This document shows, piece by piece, positions 1 to 9,383 of a DNA stretch of 64,000 nt (positions are counted from its first letter, which is position 1; each line of letters starts with the position of its first letter). Position numbers and translations under genes: made by a program. Source of the DNA: Candidatus Omnitrophota bacterium. Lineage in GTDB: Bacteria; Omnitrophota; Gorgyraeia; Gygaellales; Profunditerraquicolaceae. Where the stretch lies: contig VGKG01000002.1 in assembly GCA_016867115.1 (NCBI GenBank), forward strand, positions 70,449 through 134,448, written 5' to 3'. The notes beneath the pieces are model-generated. The model worked only from the letters and a program-made list of their open reading frames with translations, searched no databases and was not told where the DNA came from.

Positions 1-2
1 CC

Positions 3-521
3 GGCCTGATCGACCGGGCCGGCAAGATCAGTGCAGGCGAAAGACGGCGCATCCGTCACAGCGAACTGGGAAAAGAGTTCGTGCTCGCCTTTAAGGAGGA
101 GAGCTTAACGGCCGCAGATATCGTGATTAACGAATCGGATATCGACAACCTTAAACGCGCAAAGGCCGCGATTTATTCGGCGACCAGCGTCTTGGCCAGG
201 CACATGCGCGTGGACCTTGCAGATATCAGGAAGTTCTTTATCGCCGGAGGGTTCGGCAATTATCTGGATATCGAAAACGCCCTCTTCATAGGGCTGCTGC
301 CGGATCTGTCCAGAGAAAGGTTTGTCTTTATCGGCAACAGTTCATTAGCCGGGGCCAGGGAGATGCTCTTATCCGCCGCGGCAAGAAAACAGGCGGAGGA
401 GATCGCCGGGAAGGTTACCTATTTTGAGCTGTCTACCGACGCGGCGTATATGGACGAGTATATGGCGGCGTTATTTTTCCCGCATACTGACTTGAGCAGG
501 TTCCCGGGTGTTAAATTTTAA
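3..521 (+). CDS. acsV: ASKHA-domain corrinoid reductive activator (RACo/AcsV, DUF4445), 5'-partial
   Basis: Frame open from window start (GLIDRAGKI...); C-terminal motifs DIDNLKRAKAAI, IAGGFGNYLD, IGLLPD, GNSSLAGA, ALFFPHTD; upstream of acsF/acsD/acsE. Confidence 0.85.
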   Translation, partial: GLIDRAGKISAGERRRIRHSELGKEFVLAFKEESLTAADIVINESDIDNLKRAKAAIYSATSVLARHMRVDLADIRKFFIAGGFGNYLDIENALFIGLLPDLSRERFVFIGNSSLAGAREMLLSAAARKQAEEIAGKVTYFELSTDAAYMDEYMAALFFPHTDLSRFPGVKF

Positions 522-525
522 TTAA

Positions 526-613
526 AAATTACAAATATCAAATTTCAAATGAACGTCAAATTATCCTGTTTCAAAAAAAAACTTTGACATTTGCCATTTG
601 ACATTTGAAAATT
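526..613. repeat. Inverted arrays of degenerate heptamers (CAAATnn / nnATTTG)
   Basis: Left ...tacaaat atcaaat ttcaaat gaacgtcaaa; right tttgaca tttgcca tttgaca tttgaaa. Confidence 0.6.
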
Positions 614-633
614 AAGGAGCGACAGCGACGATT

Positions 634-1386
634 ATGGGTTGCGTTATAGCCATGGCAGGCAAGGGCGGCACGGGAAAGACGACGGTCGCAGCGCTCATCG
701 TGAGGATGCTGCGGGATGCCGGGTCAGGTTCGATACTGGCAGTAGATGCCGATCCGAACAGCAACCTCGGCGAAGCCCTCGGCCTTGAAGCAAAGGAGAC
801 TATAGGCAGGCTCCTGGATGACGTGGCGGCCCGTCCGCAGAGCGTTCCGCCCGGGATGGGAAAAGACGCATTCCTGGAATACCGCGTACAGACCATCCTG
901 CAGGAGGGCGAAGGCTTTGACCTGCTGGTCATGGGCAAACCCGAAGGCCCGGGCTGCTATTGTTACGTGAACAATGTCTTAAGGAACGTGATGGCAAAGC
1001 TCATCGAAGGCTATGATTATATCGTGATCGATAATGAGGCGGGGCTGGAACACCTATCCCGGCGCACCACCCGCGCTGCCGAAGCCCTAGTCGTGGTCTC
1101 TGATGCGGGAAAGGTGGGGTTGAGATCGGCAAAGAGGATAAATACTCTCGCCGACGAATTGGGACTTAAGATCGCAAGGCGCCTGCTGGTCCTTAACCGG
1201 TTTGAAGATTCTCCTGACCCGGAAGCGTTAAAGGGGCTGGGCCTTGAGTACGCGGGGAATATCCCGACCGATGATTCGATCACCAGGATAAGCTTAAACG
1301 GAGCCTCGCTGATGGGGCTGGATAAAGGCGCAGCGAGCGTTTTGGCCTTGCAAAAAATAGGAGAAAAACTGTGGCGTTGCAATTAG
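634..1386 (+). CDS. cooC: CooC/AcsF nickel-insertion ATPase for CODH/ACS
   Basis: GKGGTGKTT, DADPNSNL, GPGCYC, DNEAGLEHLSR motifs. Confidence 0.9.
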   Translation: MGCVIAMAGKGGTGKTTVAALIVRMLRDAGSGSILAVDADPNSNLGEALGLEAKETIGRLLDDVAARPQSVPPGMGKDAFLEYRVQTILQEGEGFDLLVMGKPEGPGCYCYVNNVLRNVMAKLIEGYDYIVIDNEAGLEHLSRRTTRAAEALVVVSDAGKVGLRSAKRINTLADELGLKIARRLLVLNRFEDSPDPEALKGLGLEYAGNIPTDDSITRISLNGASLMGLDKGAASVLALQKIGEKLWRCN

Positions 1387-2309
1387 CGACAGAGAAGTGG
1401 TCCGGAGAGATTTCGGAGGTTATAATCGGCGCAACTAAGGATGAAGGCGGCAGCCGCAAAAGCGTAGTCAGGATCGGCGGAGAGAATACGCTGCCGTTTC
1501 TGTTCAACGAAGGCAAGATCCCGAATCCTGTCTGCGTGGCTTTTGAGGTCTGGGATACCGCTCCTTCCGACTGGCCGGAGTGCCTCTGGCGGGCTTTCGG
1601 AAAGAGCCTCAATGACAGCTTAAGCTGGGCAAAAAAATGCGTGGAAGAATATAAAGCAAAGATCCTTTGCGTAAGGCTGCAGTCTGCGCATCCGGATTTC
1701 GCAGACACTCCACCCGAGGCTTGCGCAAAGTTCATCGCCGGCCTGCTTAATGCCGTGGATGTCCCCTTAGTCATCATCGGCTGCGGAGACGATGCAAAGG
1801 ATAACCTGGTCCTGCCTGCGGTAAGCGAAGCGGCCAAAGGAGAACGCTGCCTTATCGGAAGCGCGGTCCAGGATAATTACAAGACCCTGGTGGCGGCCCT
1901 TTCTGCCGACGGGCATAATATCATCGCCGAATCGCCCATTGATATCAATATCGCCAAGCAGCTGAATATCCTTATTTCCGATACGGGTTTTGCGCTTTCG
2001 CGCATCGTGATCAATCCCACCATAGGCGCGCTGGGTTATGGCCTTGAATACGCTTACTCCATTATGGAGCGGGCGCGCCTGGCTGCATTATCTGGCGATA
2101 AGACCGTGGCGAGCCCCTTTATCTGTTTTGTCGGCCAGGAGGCGTGGAAGGCAAAAGAGGCGAAATCAGAGGACGAAAGGCAGGGTATCATCTGGGAGAT
2201 GCTCAGCGCCGCCGCCCTAATTCAGGCGGGCGCCGGGCTGTTAGTGATGCGGCATCCTGTTGCCGTCGAAAAGGTGAATAAATATATAGAGCGGTTATTT
2301 CAACGCTGA
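1371..2309 (+). CDS. acsD: Corrinoid iron-sulfur protein small subunit (CdhD/AcsD)
   Basis: VRIGGENTLPF, SPIDINIAKQLN, ALGYGLEYAYSIMERARLAAL, LVMRHP. Confidence 0.92.
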   Translation: MALQLATEKWSGEISEVIIGATKDEGGSRKSVVRIGGENTLPFLFNEGKIPNPVCVAFEVWDTAPSDWPECLWRAFGKSLNDSLSWAKKCVEEYKAKILCVRLQSAHPDFADTPPEACAKFIAGLLNAVDVPLVIIGCGDDAKDNLVLPAVSEAAKGERCLIGSAVQDNYKTLVAALSADGHNIIAESPIDINIAKQLNILISDTGFALSRIVINPTIGALGYGLEYAYSIMERARLAALSGDKTVASPFICFVGQEAWKAKEAKSEDERQGIIWEMLSAAALIQAGAGLLVMRHPVAVEKVNKYIERLFQR

Positions 2310-2316
2310 ATAAGAC

Positions 2317-3105
2317 ATGCTGATCATCGGCGAACTGATCAACGGAATGTTCCAGGATATTGCAAGGGCGATCAAGGATAAAGACAAGTCCGTGATCCAG
2401 AAGCGCGCTCTTGAACAGGTCGATGCGGGCGCTGACGCCCTGGATGTGAATTGCGGCCCTGCTTCCGCCAAGCCTGGTTCTGACATCCGGTGGCTGATAG
2501 AGGCGATCCGGGAGGTTACGGACAAGCCGCTCTGCCTTGATTCCAGCAAGCCGCAGGTGATCGAATCGGGCCTTGAGGTCTTAAGGGGCAAGGCGATCAT
2601 TAATTCTACCACCGCAGATCCGGAAAAGCTCGATATCCTCGTGCCCCTGGCCAAGAAATACAACGCTTTGCTGATCGGCCTGACCATCAGCACAAAGGGC
2701 ATCCCGCAAAATAAAGATCAGCGCCTGGAGCTGGCAGCCGAGATCCTTGCCTTTTGCTCGCAGGCGGATTTTCCCGTCGAGGACCTCTACATCGATCCGA
2801 TCGTGCTTCCGGTCAATGTGGCGCAGGCGCAGATGCAGGGGATCCTTGAGGCGATCCGCGAGTTCAAGGTCATCTCTACGCCCAGCCCCAAGACCATCGT
2901 GGGCTTAAGCAATGTCTCTCAGGGGACGAAGTCAAGAGGCCTCCTCAACCGTACTTTTCTGACCATGGCCCTTGCGTACGGACTGGATGCGGCGATCCTG
3001 GATCCGCTGGACAAAGACCTGATGGATTCCCTCATCACCGCAGAGTTGATCTTAAATAAGAATATCTACTGCGATTCGTATTTAGACGCATACCGCAGGA
3101 AATAA
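2317..3105 (+). CDS. acsE: Methyltetrahydrofolate:corrinoid Fe-S protein methyltransferase
   Basis: MLIIGELING, LDVNCG, IINST, GLSNVS, LDAAILDP, IYCDSYL. Confidence 0.92.
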   Translation: MLIIGELINGMFQDIARAIKDKDKSVIQKRALEQVDAGADALDVNCGPASAKPGSDIRWLIEAIREVTDKPLCLDSSKPQVIESGLEVLRGKAIINSTTADPEKLDILVPLAKKYNALLIGLTISTKGIPQNKDQRLELAAEILAFCSQADFPVEDLYIDPIVLPVNVAQAQMQGILEAIREFKVISTPSPKTIVGLSNVSQGTKSRGLLNRTFLTMALAYGLDAAILDPLDKDLMDSLITAELILNKNIYCDSYLDAYRRK

Positions 3106-3106
3106 G

Positions 3107-3496
3107 ATGAGAAGGAAGATAGTCCGCCACGTCTTCAGATTACACGGTTTTATGGAGAGCTTCAGGCTGGCAGCCGACGGGGTATACTACCTTTTTTTGT
3201 ACCACCGCAACATGCGCATTATCTTTCTGCTGGGGGCCGCAGCATTGCTTGCGGGTGTCTATCTTCAACTGAGGGGCATCGAGCTGGTGGCGCTCTTCAT
3301 CACCGTCACGCTTGTCTTCATGGCAGAGATCTTTAATACCGCCATCGAGATGATGATGAATATGCTTAGCGCCAGGTACCGCCTGAGGATAAAGCTGGTG
3401 AAGGATATCGCCGCGGCGGTGGTGCTAATTTCGTCGATAAATGCGGTCATCGTAGGAGGCATCCTGTTTCTGGGGCGTCTTAAGGCTGCGATATAA
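3107..3496 (+). CDS. dgkA: Diacylglycerol/undecaprenol kinase family
   Basis: RNMRI, EIFNTAIE, KDIAAAVVL; three TM segments. Confidence 0.85.
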   Translation: MRRKIVRHVFRLHGFMESFRLAADGVYYLFLYHRNMRIIFLLGAAALLAGVYLQLRGIELVALFITVTLVFMAEIFNTAIEMMMNMLSARYRLRIKLVKDIAAAVVLISSINAVIVGGILFLGRLKAAI

Positions 3497-3508
3497 AGAG
3501 GAGGGGGT

Positions 3509-3715
3509 ATGAAAAGGAAAGGGCTTTTGCTGGTTATTCTGGGGGTCATAGGCGCTCTGTACGTGTATTTTTTTGATCTGCTCATGGGTAAGCCCATGAA
3601 TGACGTCACCGGGCCGAAGTCAGTCGTTGCTTTTGTCATCTGCGGCATACTTGTCCTTGCGGGCCTGCGCATCGCTTTCGGCTGCCCGGTCTGCCGCGTC
3701 AAAGACAAGAAATGA
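3509..3715 (+). CDS. Small two-TM membrane protein with C-terminal CxxC
   Basis: RBS gaggagg; two hydrophobic helices; CPVC. Confidence 0.65.
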   Translation: MKRKGLLLVILGVIGALYVYFFDLLMGKPMNDVTGPKSVVAFVICGILVLAGLRIAFGCPVCRVKDKK

Positions 3716-3861
3716 TCCTTCCGCTTAAACTGGTCGGCCTATGGCTTTTTCTCGACGGACTGGTCTCGATGGCAAAATGCTCGGATAAGAAGTGGACCTT
3801 CCAGATAGTGAGGGTCATCCGCGCAGTCCTCGGGATCGCGTTGATCCTTGTTAAGCCATGA
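3712..3861 (+). CDS. Small two-TM protein, 49 aa (not in ORF track)
   Basis: ATGA overlap with the previous stop; MILPLKLVGLWLFLDGLVSMAKCSDKKWTFQIVRVIRAVLGIALILVKP. Confidence 0.55.
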   Translation: MILPLKLVGLWLFLDGLVSMAKCSDKKWTFQIVRVIRAVLGIALILVKP

Positions 3862-3906
3862 GTCCGGCTTGTGTTACGTTGATTTTATGGTAGAATAATT
3901 TTTTGC

Positions 3907-3983
3907 GGCGGCGTAGCTCAGTCTGATAGAGCAGTCGGCTCATACCCGATAGGTCACTGGTTTAAATCCAGTCGCCGCCACCA
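3907..3983 (+). tRNA. tRNA-Met(CAT), elongator type, CCA encoded
   Basis: Acceptor GGCGGCG/CGCCGCC-ACCA; anticodon arm gtcgg-CTCATAC-ccgat; T-arm actgg-TTTAAAT-ccagt. Confidence 0.93.
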
Positions 3984-4000
3984 ACATAATTACTGCGGGA

Positions 4001-4020
4001 AAATCCAGTCGCCGCCACCA
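4001..4020 (+). repeat. 20-bp direct repeat of tRNA-Met 3' end (att-like scar)
   Basis: aaatccagtcgccgccacca identical to 3964-3983. Confidence 0.85.
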
Positions 4021-4040
4021 TAATGAAAATAAGGAGGATA

Positions 4041-4319
4041 ATGATCCAAACCATTGAAATCATCTGTAAGCCCTGCCATAAGTGCGACCTGATGATCCAA
4101 AGGATAAGCTACATATTGCATTGCATCCAGAATCAATCGGGCCTTAAGCTCAAATACGAGCTCAAGCTTAATAAGAATATCCACGAGGCAGAGAAGTATG
4201 GTTACAACGTGACGCAATTGCCCGTTGTCAAGATAAACGGCGATATCGAGTTCGTCGGACACGTGAAAGAAGAACATCTCATCCGTATGAAGCTGGAAGA
4301 GATCATCCGGCAGGCCTAA
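4041..4319 (+). CDS. Small thioredoxin-like redox protein
   Basis: RBS aaggagg at 4031; CKPCHKC and cis-Pro-like QLPVVKING...FVG. Confidence 0.7.
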   Translation: MIQTIEIICKPCHKCDLMIQRISYILHCIQNQSGLKLKYELKLNKNIHEAEKYGYNVTQLPVVKINGDIEFVGHVKEEHLIRMKLEEIIRQA

Positions 4320-4374
4320 TCGTCAGCCGGTCCGGCTGGATCCCCGCCTTATCAGAGCCGCAAAAAACTTGCCC

Positions 4375-5337
4375 ATGATCATCGAAAAAGCTAAAAAGAC
4401 CATAAAAAACTACGGCCTTTTGACAAAAGGAGACAGGATCGTCGTCGGAGTCTCAGGCGGCCCGGATTCCCTGGCCCTGTTATTGCTGCTGAACGCCTTA
4501 AGGCAGGAGATGGGGCTTGAGTTGTACGTGGCTCACCTTGACCATATGCTGCGAAAAGATTCGGCCCGGGATTGCGAGTTTGTGCGCAGGGTTTCAGAGA
4601 GGCTGAAGCTTCCTTTTTATTCCGCGCAGATCGATATCAGGGCTATCAGCAGGAAGGGTTCGCTTGAAGAGATCGCGCGCAATGCGCGCCTGGGGTTTTT
4701 GTTCAGGGTGGCAAAAGAAGCCGGGGCTAAGAAAATAGCCCTCGGCCACAACCTGGATGACCAGGCAGAAACCGTGCTGATGCGCCTCCTGCGGGGAACA
4801 GGGCTCTTCGGTTTATCCGGCATCCTGCCTAAAAGGAATATAGCCGGTTTTACCGTCGTCAGGCCGCTGGTCGAAATAAGGAGGAGAGACATCGAAACTT
4901 ATCTGAAAAAGAAAAAGATAAAACCCCGCAGGGATATTTCCAATTCCCGGGATATCTATCTGCGCAACAGGATCAGGAACAGACTCCTGCCGCTTCTTGA
5001 AAAAAAATACAACAGCAACATCAGGGAAGTGCTGGCAAATACTGCGCAAAGCGCAGGCTCAGATTACGATTTTCTTAACCGCATGGCATTGCGCAGGCAG
5101 AAGGCCGGCTCGCCCAGGATCGATTTAAGAAGTTTCCTCAGGCTCCATCCTGCCATGCAGAGGCTGATTTTGCGCCGCGCCTTTGCCGCAGTAAAGGGGG
5201 ATACCCGCAGGCTCAGCTTCAGCCACATCCGGGAGATCGAAGACCTGATCCTGAACCGGCCGCAAGGCGCGGTAGTTGACCTGCCTGCCGGGGTATCGGT
5301 GGTCAAGAAGAGGTCCCTTTTATTTTACCGCAGATAA
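4375..5337 (+). CDS. tilS: tRNA(Ile)-lysidine synthetase
   Basis: SGGPDS PP-loop, HLDHMLR, GHNLDDQAETVL, RPL, RNRIR. Confidence 0.95.
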   Translation: MIIEKAKKTIKNYGLLTKGDRIVVGVSGGPDSLALLLLLNALRQEMGLELYVAHLDHMLRKDSARDCEFVRRVSERLKLPFYSAQIDIRAISRKGSLEEIARNARLGFLFRVAKEAGAKKIALGHNLDDQAETVLMRLLRGTGLFGLSGILPKRNIAGFTVVRPLVEIRRRDIETYLKKKKIKPRRDISNSRDIYLRNRIRNRLLPLLEKKYNSNIREVLANTAQSAGSDYDFLNRMALRRQKAGSPRIDLRSFLRLHPAMQRLILRRAFAAVKGDTRRLSFSHIREIEDLILNRPQGAVVDLPAGVSVVKKRSLLFYRR

Positions 5338-5361
5338 TCCCTGAAAAAGCGCAATAAATGC

Positions 5362-5390
5362 TTGATTCTACAGGTATTTATAGATATAAT
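5362..5390 (+). promoter_or_regulatory. sigma70-type promoter for ftsH
   Basis: TTGATT-17 bp-TATAAT. Confidence 0.6.
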
Positions 5391-5415
5391 ATTTTCTAAT
5401 TATTGAGGAGAAAAT

Positions 5416-7275
5416 ATGGCAAATAATAAACAGGCAAGGCCGAAAGCAAAAAAAGACGAGTTTTTAAAAGGCCCTATGGGCTGGGTCATGTGGGTGATCT
5501 TATTTATGATCATCTGGAATGCTGTGAGCGTGATCTTCACCGGAGTCAGCCGCCCCCTGACCTATAGCGAGTTCTATAAAGTCCTGAAGGATGATCCGGA
5601 AAAAATCAAGTGGGTGACTAAGACCGAGGGCGGCCTTAAATTAGACGGAGAGCTTACCGACGGATCGAGATTCTACGTCTATATCCCCGAAAACGACCCC
5701 GAGCTACTTAATCTCCTGCGCCAGAACCTGAAGCAGTTTTCCGTGCAGCCGCCGTCGATCTGGGGGAACCTTTTTGTGCAGCTTAGCGGAGTAATTTTGT
5801 TGATTTTATTTTTCTGGTGGATGTCCATGCGCGGAGAGCAGTTAGGAGGAAGGATCATGGCTTTCGGCAAGGTACGGCCGAAGATCCAAAGCGAGATGGA
5901 GAAGGTCACCTTCGGAGATGTGGCCGGCGTGGAGGAGGCCAAGGAAGAGCTGAAAGAGGTCATCGAGTTCTTAAAAGACCCGAAGAAGTTCCAGCGGCTC
6001 GGCGGCAAGATCCCTAAGGGCGTGCTGCTGGTGGGGCCTCCGGGTTGCGGAAAGACCCTGATCGCCCGTGCCGTCGCCGGAGAGGCGGGGGTGCCTTTTT
6101 TCAGTATTTCCGGCTCGGATTTTGTGGAGATGTTTGTGGGCGTGGGTGCCAGCCGCGTGCGCGATCTTTTCGAGCAGGGCAGGCGCGCGGCAAAGATATC
6201 CGGCAGGGGCGCGATCATCTTTATCGATGAAATCGATGCTGTAGGCCGCCTGCGTTTCGCCGGGATCGGCGGCGGCCATGACGAACGCGAGCAAACCCTG
6301 AATGCCCTGCTGGTTGAGATGGACGGTTTTGACGCTACTCAGGGGATAATCCTGATCGCAGCAACCAACAGGCCCGACACTCTTGACCCGGCGCTCCTTC
6401 GGCCGGGAAGATTCGACCGGCACGTCATCATGAACCTGCCGGATATAAAAGGAAGGGAAGAGATCCTAAAGGTGCATACCCGTAAAATAAAGCTTGCGCC
6501 GGCGGTTGACCTGAAGAGCGTCGCTGCCTCGACTCCTGGTTTCTCCGGCGCAGACCTGGCAAACCTGTGCAATGAAGCCGCGCTGCTGGCTGCGCGCAAT
6601 AATAAGGAAGCGGTGGAGATGGTTGATTTTGACAAATCAGTGGAGCGCGTCCTGATGGGGCCCGAGAAAAAGAGCCACATTATATCCAAGAAGGAAAAAG
6701 AAATCACCGCCCTGCATGAGTCCGGCCATGCCCTGATGTCTTTGTTGCTGCCGGAAGTCAATCCCTTAAAGAAGGTTTCGATCATACCGCGCGGGCTTGC
6801 CGGAGGGTACACCTTTACTCCGCCGCTTGAAGACCGCCACTACTGGACCAGAAAAGAACTGATCTCGGAGATCAGCATGATGCTCGGCGGGCGTGCCTCC
6901 GAAGAGCTGAACTTAAGCGAGGTCACCACCGGCGCCCAGAACGACCTGGAGATGGCCACACAGATGGCCAGGCGCATGGTCACGCAGTTCGGCATGTCCG
7001 AGAAGCTGGGCCATATTACCCTGGGCAGGCGCGAAGGCCTGGTTTTCCTCGGGCGCGATATCATGGAAGAAAAGAATTACAGCGAAGAGACCGCACGTAC
7101 GATCGACGAGGAGGTCAAAAGGATAGTGGATGAGGCCTATACCAAGTCTAAAAAACTCCTCGAGCAGAATCTGGAGAAACTGAAAGTCCTTTCTCAGGCG
7201 CTCCTTGAGAAAGAAGTGATGGACGGAGAGGAAGTAAAGAAGCTGCTCAGCCTCGAAAAACCGGATGTAGTATAA
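5416..7275 (+). CDS. ftsH: ATP-dependent zinc metalloprotease FtsH
   Basis: Two [34 protein letters not shown]. Confidence 0.97.
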   Translation: MANNKQARPKAKKDEFLKGPMGWVMWVILFMIIWNAVSVIFTGVSRPLTYSEFYKVLKDDPEKIKWVTKTEGGLKLDGELTDGSRFYVYIPENDPELLNLLRQNLKQFSVQPPSIWGNLFVQLSGVILLILFFWWMSMRGEQLGGRIMAFGKVRPKIQSEMEKVTFGDVAGVEEAKEELKEVIEFLKDPKKFQRLGGKIPKGVLLVGPPGCGKTLIARAVAGEAGVPFFSISGSDFVEMFVGVGASRVRDLFEQGRRAAKISGRGAIIFIDEIDAVGRLRFAGIGGGHDEREQTLNALLVEMDGFDATQGIILIAATNRPDTLDPALLRPGRFDRHVIMNLPDIKGREEILKVHTRKIKLAPAVDLKSVAASTPGFSGADLANLCNEAALLAARNNKEAVEMVDFDKSVERVLMGPEKKSHIISKKEKEITALHESGHALMSLLLPEVNPLKKVSIIPRGLAGGYTFTPPLEDRHYWTRKELISEISMMLGGRASEELNLSEVTTGAQNDLEMATQMARRMVTQFGMSEKLGHITLGRREGLVFLGRDIMEEKNYSEETARTIDEEVKRIVDEAYTKSKKLLEQNLEKLKVLSQALLEKEVMDGEEVKKLLSLEKPDVV

Positions 7276-7293
7276 AGTTTTCCTGAAAAAGAA

Positions 7294-8487
7294 ATGATCC
7301 GCGTATTGCAGTCCCCCACCATAAAAGAAATCAGGGCTATTATGCAGGATATCGGAGTGGATCCTTACGGTATCAGGATCATGCAGTCGAAAGCAAGCCA
7401 CTATCTGGTCAGAATGGATTCGCTTCCGAATGTAACCGCGAATATCCTGAAACAAGAAATGTTGTCCCTGGGCGCAGACGCGGCACTCGCCAGGGGTTCG
7501 CTCACCGGAAAGGCGATGTACACAGGCTGCCTTTTAATGGGCACATTATCCCAATTTATGCGGCTCATCCAGAAATTACAGAAGCAGCCGTTTGGCCTCA
7601 GCAGTATGGGCAGGGATCTTTCCTGTACCCTGAAGAAGTTTCAGCAGGATAAGTTCACCCTGGACCTGAAAAGATTCAAACTGGACCTTTCCGCAGGAGT
7701 GCATATTATGGGGATAGTCAATGTCACGCCGGACTCTTTTAGCGGAGACGGGCTTTATAAATGTCAGATTGAGGACGTAGTCGAATACGCCTGCAAATTG
7801 GCCGAAGACGGGGCAGATATCATTGATCTGGGCGGAGAATCAAGCCGTCCCGGGGCAAAGCCGGTTCCCCTAAAGGAAGAGCTGGCTAGAGTCATCCCGG
7901 CAGTAAAGAAACTTGCGAAAGTCCTGCGCGTGCCGATTTCAGTCGATACCCGTAAACCCGAAGTGGCGAAGCAGGCGCTTGAGAACGGAGCGCTGATCCT
8001 TAATGATATCTCGGGATTCAGGGATCCGGCTATGGTAAGGACCGCGGCCAGATATAATGCGGGGGCAGTGGTGATGCACATGAAAGGCTCACCCGCTACT
8101 ATGCAGAAGGATCCTGGGTATGATTCTTTGATGGATGAGGTCCTGGAATACCTCGACAGGGCTTTGAGGCGGCTTGAAGACGCAGGGGTGAAAAGGGAAA
8201 TGACTATCATAGACCCTGGTATCGGATTCGGCAAGACCACGGGGCATAACCTTGAGATCTTAAAACGCCTTGGAGAGTTCAAGGTCCTGGGCAGGCCGAT
8301 ATTGGCCGGCACTTCCCGGAAGTCTTTCATCGGAAAAGTCTTAAATGCTCCCGCGCAGGAACGCCTTTCCGGCACGCTTTCAAGTTGCATCCTGGCAGCT
8401 TCTTCCGGGGCAAGGGTCCTGAGGGTGCATGATGTCAAGCCGGTGAAGGATGCGCTTAAGATCTTTGAGGCGGTGAATCAGGCATGA
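7294..8487 (+). CDS. folP: Dihydropteroate synthase with N-terminal extension
   Basis: MGIVNVTPDSFS, GGESSRPG, DPGIGFGK, SRKSF, RVHDV. Confidence 0.95.
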   Translation: MIRVLQSPTIKEIRAIMQDIGVDPYGIRIMQSKASHYLVRMDSLPNVTANILKQEMLSLGADAALARGSLTGKAMYTGCLLMGTLSQFMRLIQKLQKQPFGLSSMGRDLSCTLKKFQQDKFTLDLKRFKLDLSAGVHIMGIVNVTPDSFSGDGLYKCQIEDVVEYACKLAEDGADIIDLGGESSRPGAKPVPLKEELARVIPAVKKLAKVLRVPISVDTRKPEVAKQALENGALILNDISGFRDPAMVRTAARYNAGAVVMHMKGSPATMQKDPGYDSLMDEVLEYLDRALRRLEDAGVKREMTIIDPGIGFGKTTGHNLEILKRLGEFKVLGRPILAGTSRKSFIGKVLNAPAQERLSGTLSSCILAASSGARVLRVHDVKPVKDALKIFEAVNQA

Positions 8488-9248
8488 ATACGCCGGTCAT
8501 AATACAGTATTGGAAGCCGGTTTTTGAGATATTAGCCCTCTGGGCCACTATCTACCATATCATGCTCTTTTTCGAGGGGACCCGCGCCTTACAGGTCTTA
8601 CGCGGGATAATCGTGCTGCTCCTGGTTTTTTTCCTGGTCGAGAAGTTGAACCTGCAGGTGCTGGAGTGGCTCCTGACTAAGATGTTCGGCATTTCAGTGA
8701 TCGCCATCCTCATTATCTTCCATCCCGAGATCCGCCAGGGCCTGGCGCGGCTGGGCGAGCGGCACTTCTTAAGCACGGCGCCCCGCGAGGAGGAGATCGA
8801 CCGGATGTTACGCGAGATCGGGGTGGCGGCGGAGAATCTCTGCAGAAAGAAGCTGGGCGCGATCATCGCGATAGAGAAGAACTTACCCCTTAGCGCCTAT
8901 ATTGAAAGCGGAGTGAATATCGACGCGGCTGTTTCCTCTGACCTGATCGAGGCGATATTCACTCCGAATAACCCTCTTCATGACGGCGCCGCGGTCATCC
9001 GGAGGGCAAGGTTATCTGCAGCAGGCTGCCTTTTCCCGTTGACCCAGAACAAGGACTTAAGCCGTATCTTCGGCACCCGGCACCGCGCAGCGCTCGGTTT
9101 AAGCGAAGAGACAGATGCGCTGGTGATCGTGATCTCGGAAGAACGCCAGGACATCTCCCTGGTCTACCGCGCAAAGCTTTATAAGGACTTGAGCCGAGAG
9201 GAACTCTTCCTGAAGATCAAAGAACTGGTCAGAAAAGAAAATGCCTAG
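8484..9248 (+). CDS. cdaA: Diadenylate cyclase CdaA
   Basis: Three TM, PLHDGA, GTRHRAALG, SEE motifs. Confidence 0.95.
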   Translation: MNTPVIIQYWKPVFEILALWATIYHIMLFFEGTRALQVLRGIIVLLLVFFLVEKLNLQVLEWLLTKMFGISVIAILIIFHPEIRQGLARLGERHFLSTAPREEEIDRMLREIGVAAENLCRKKLGAIIAIEKNLPLSAYIESGVNIDAAVSSDLIEAIFTPNNPLHDGAAVIRRARLSAAGCLFPLTQNKDLSRIFGTRHRAALGLSEETDALVIVISEERQDISLVYRAKLYKDLSREELFLKIKELVRKENA

Positions 9249-9381
9249 GAAAAAAGTAAGCCTCGCCGCAGTCATAACGCACTGGTTCACTTATCACCCC
9301 TGGCTTAAAGCAATCGCCTTATTTCTGGCGGTTATCGTGTGGTTTTACGTGCGTTATGAGATCGGACGCTTCAATTATTAA
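9241..9381 (+). CDS. 46-aa CdaR/YbbR-like TM-only peptide (not in ORF track)
   Basis: Overlaps cdaA stop; ...HPWLKAIALFLAVIVWFYV... resembles the CdaR N-terminal anchor. Confidence 0.65.
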   Translation: MPRKKVSLAAVITHWFTYHPWLKAIALFLAVIVWFYVRYEIGRFNY

Positions 9382-9383
9382 AG

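Noticed and set aside
3907-3983. tRNA-Ile2(CAT) or initiator tRNA, suggested by the nearby tilS
   Set aside because: Paired G1-C72, no three G-C anticodon-stem pairs, and the GGCGGCG acceptor with a CTCATAC loop fit elongator Met better
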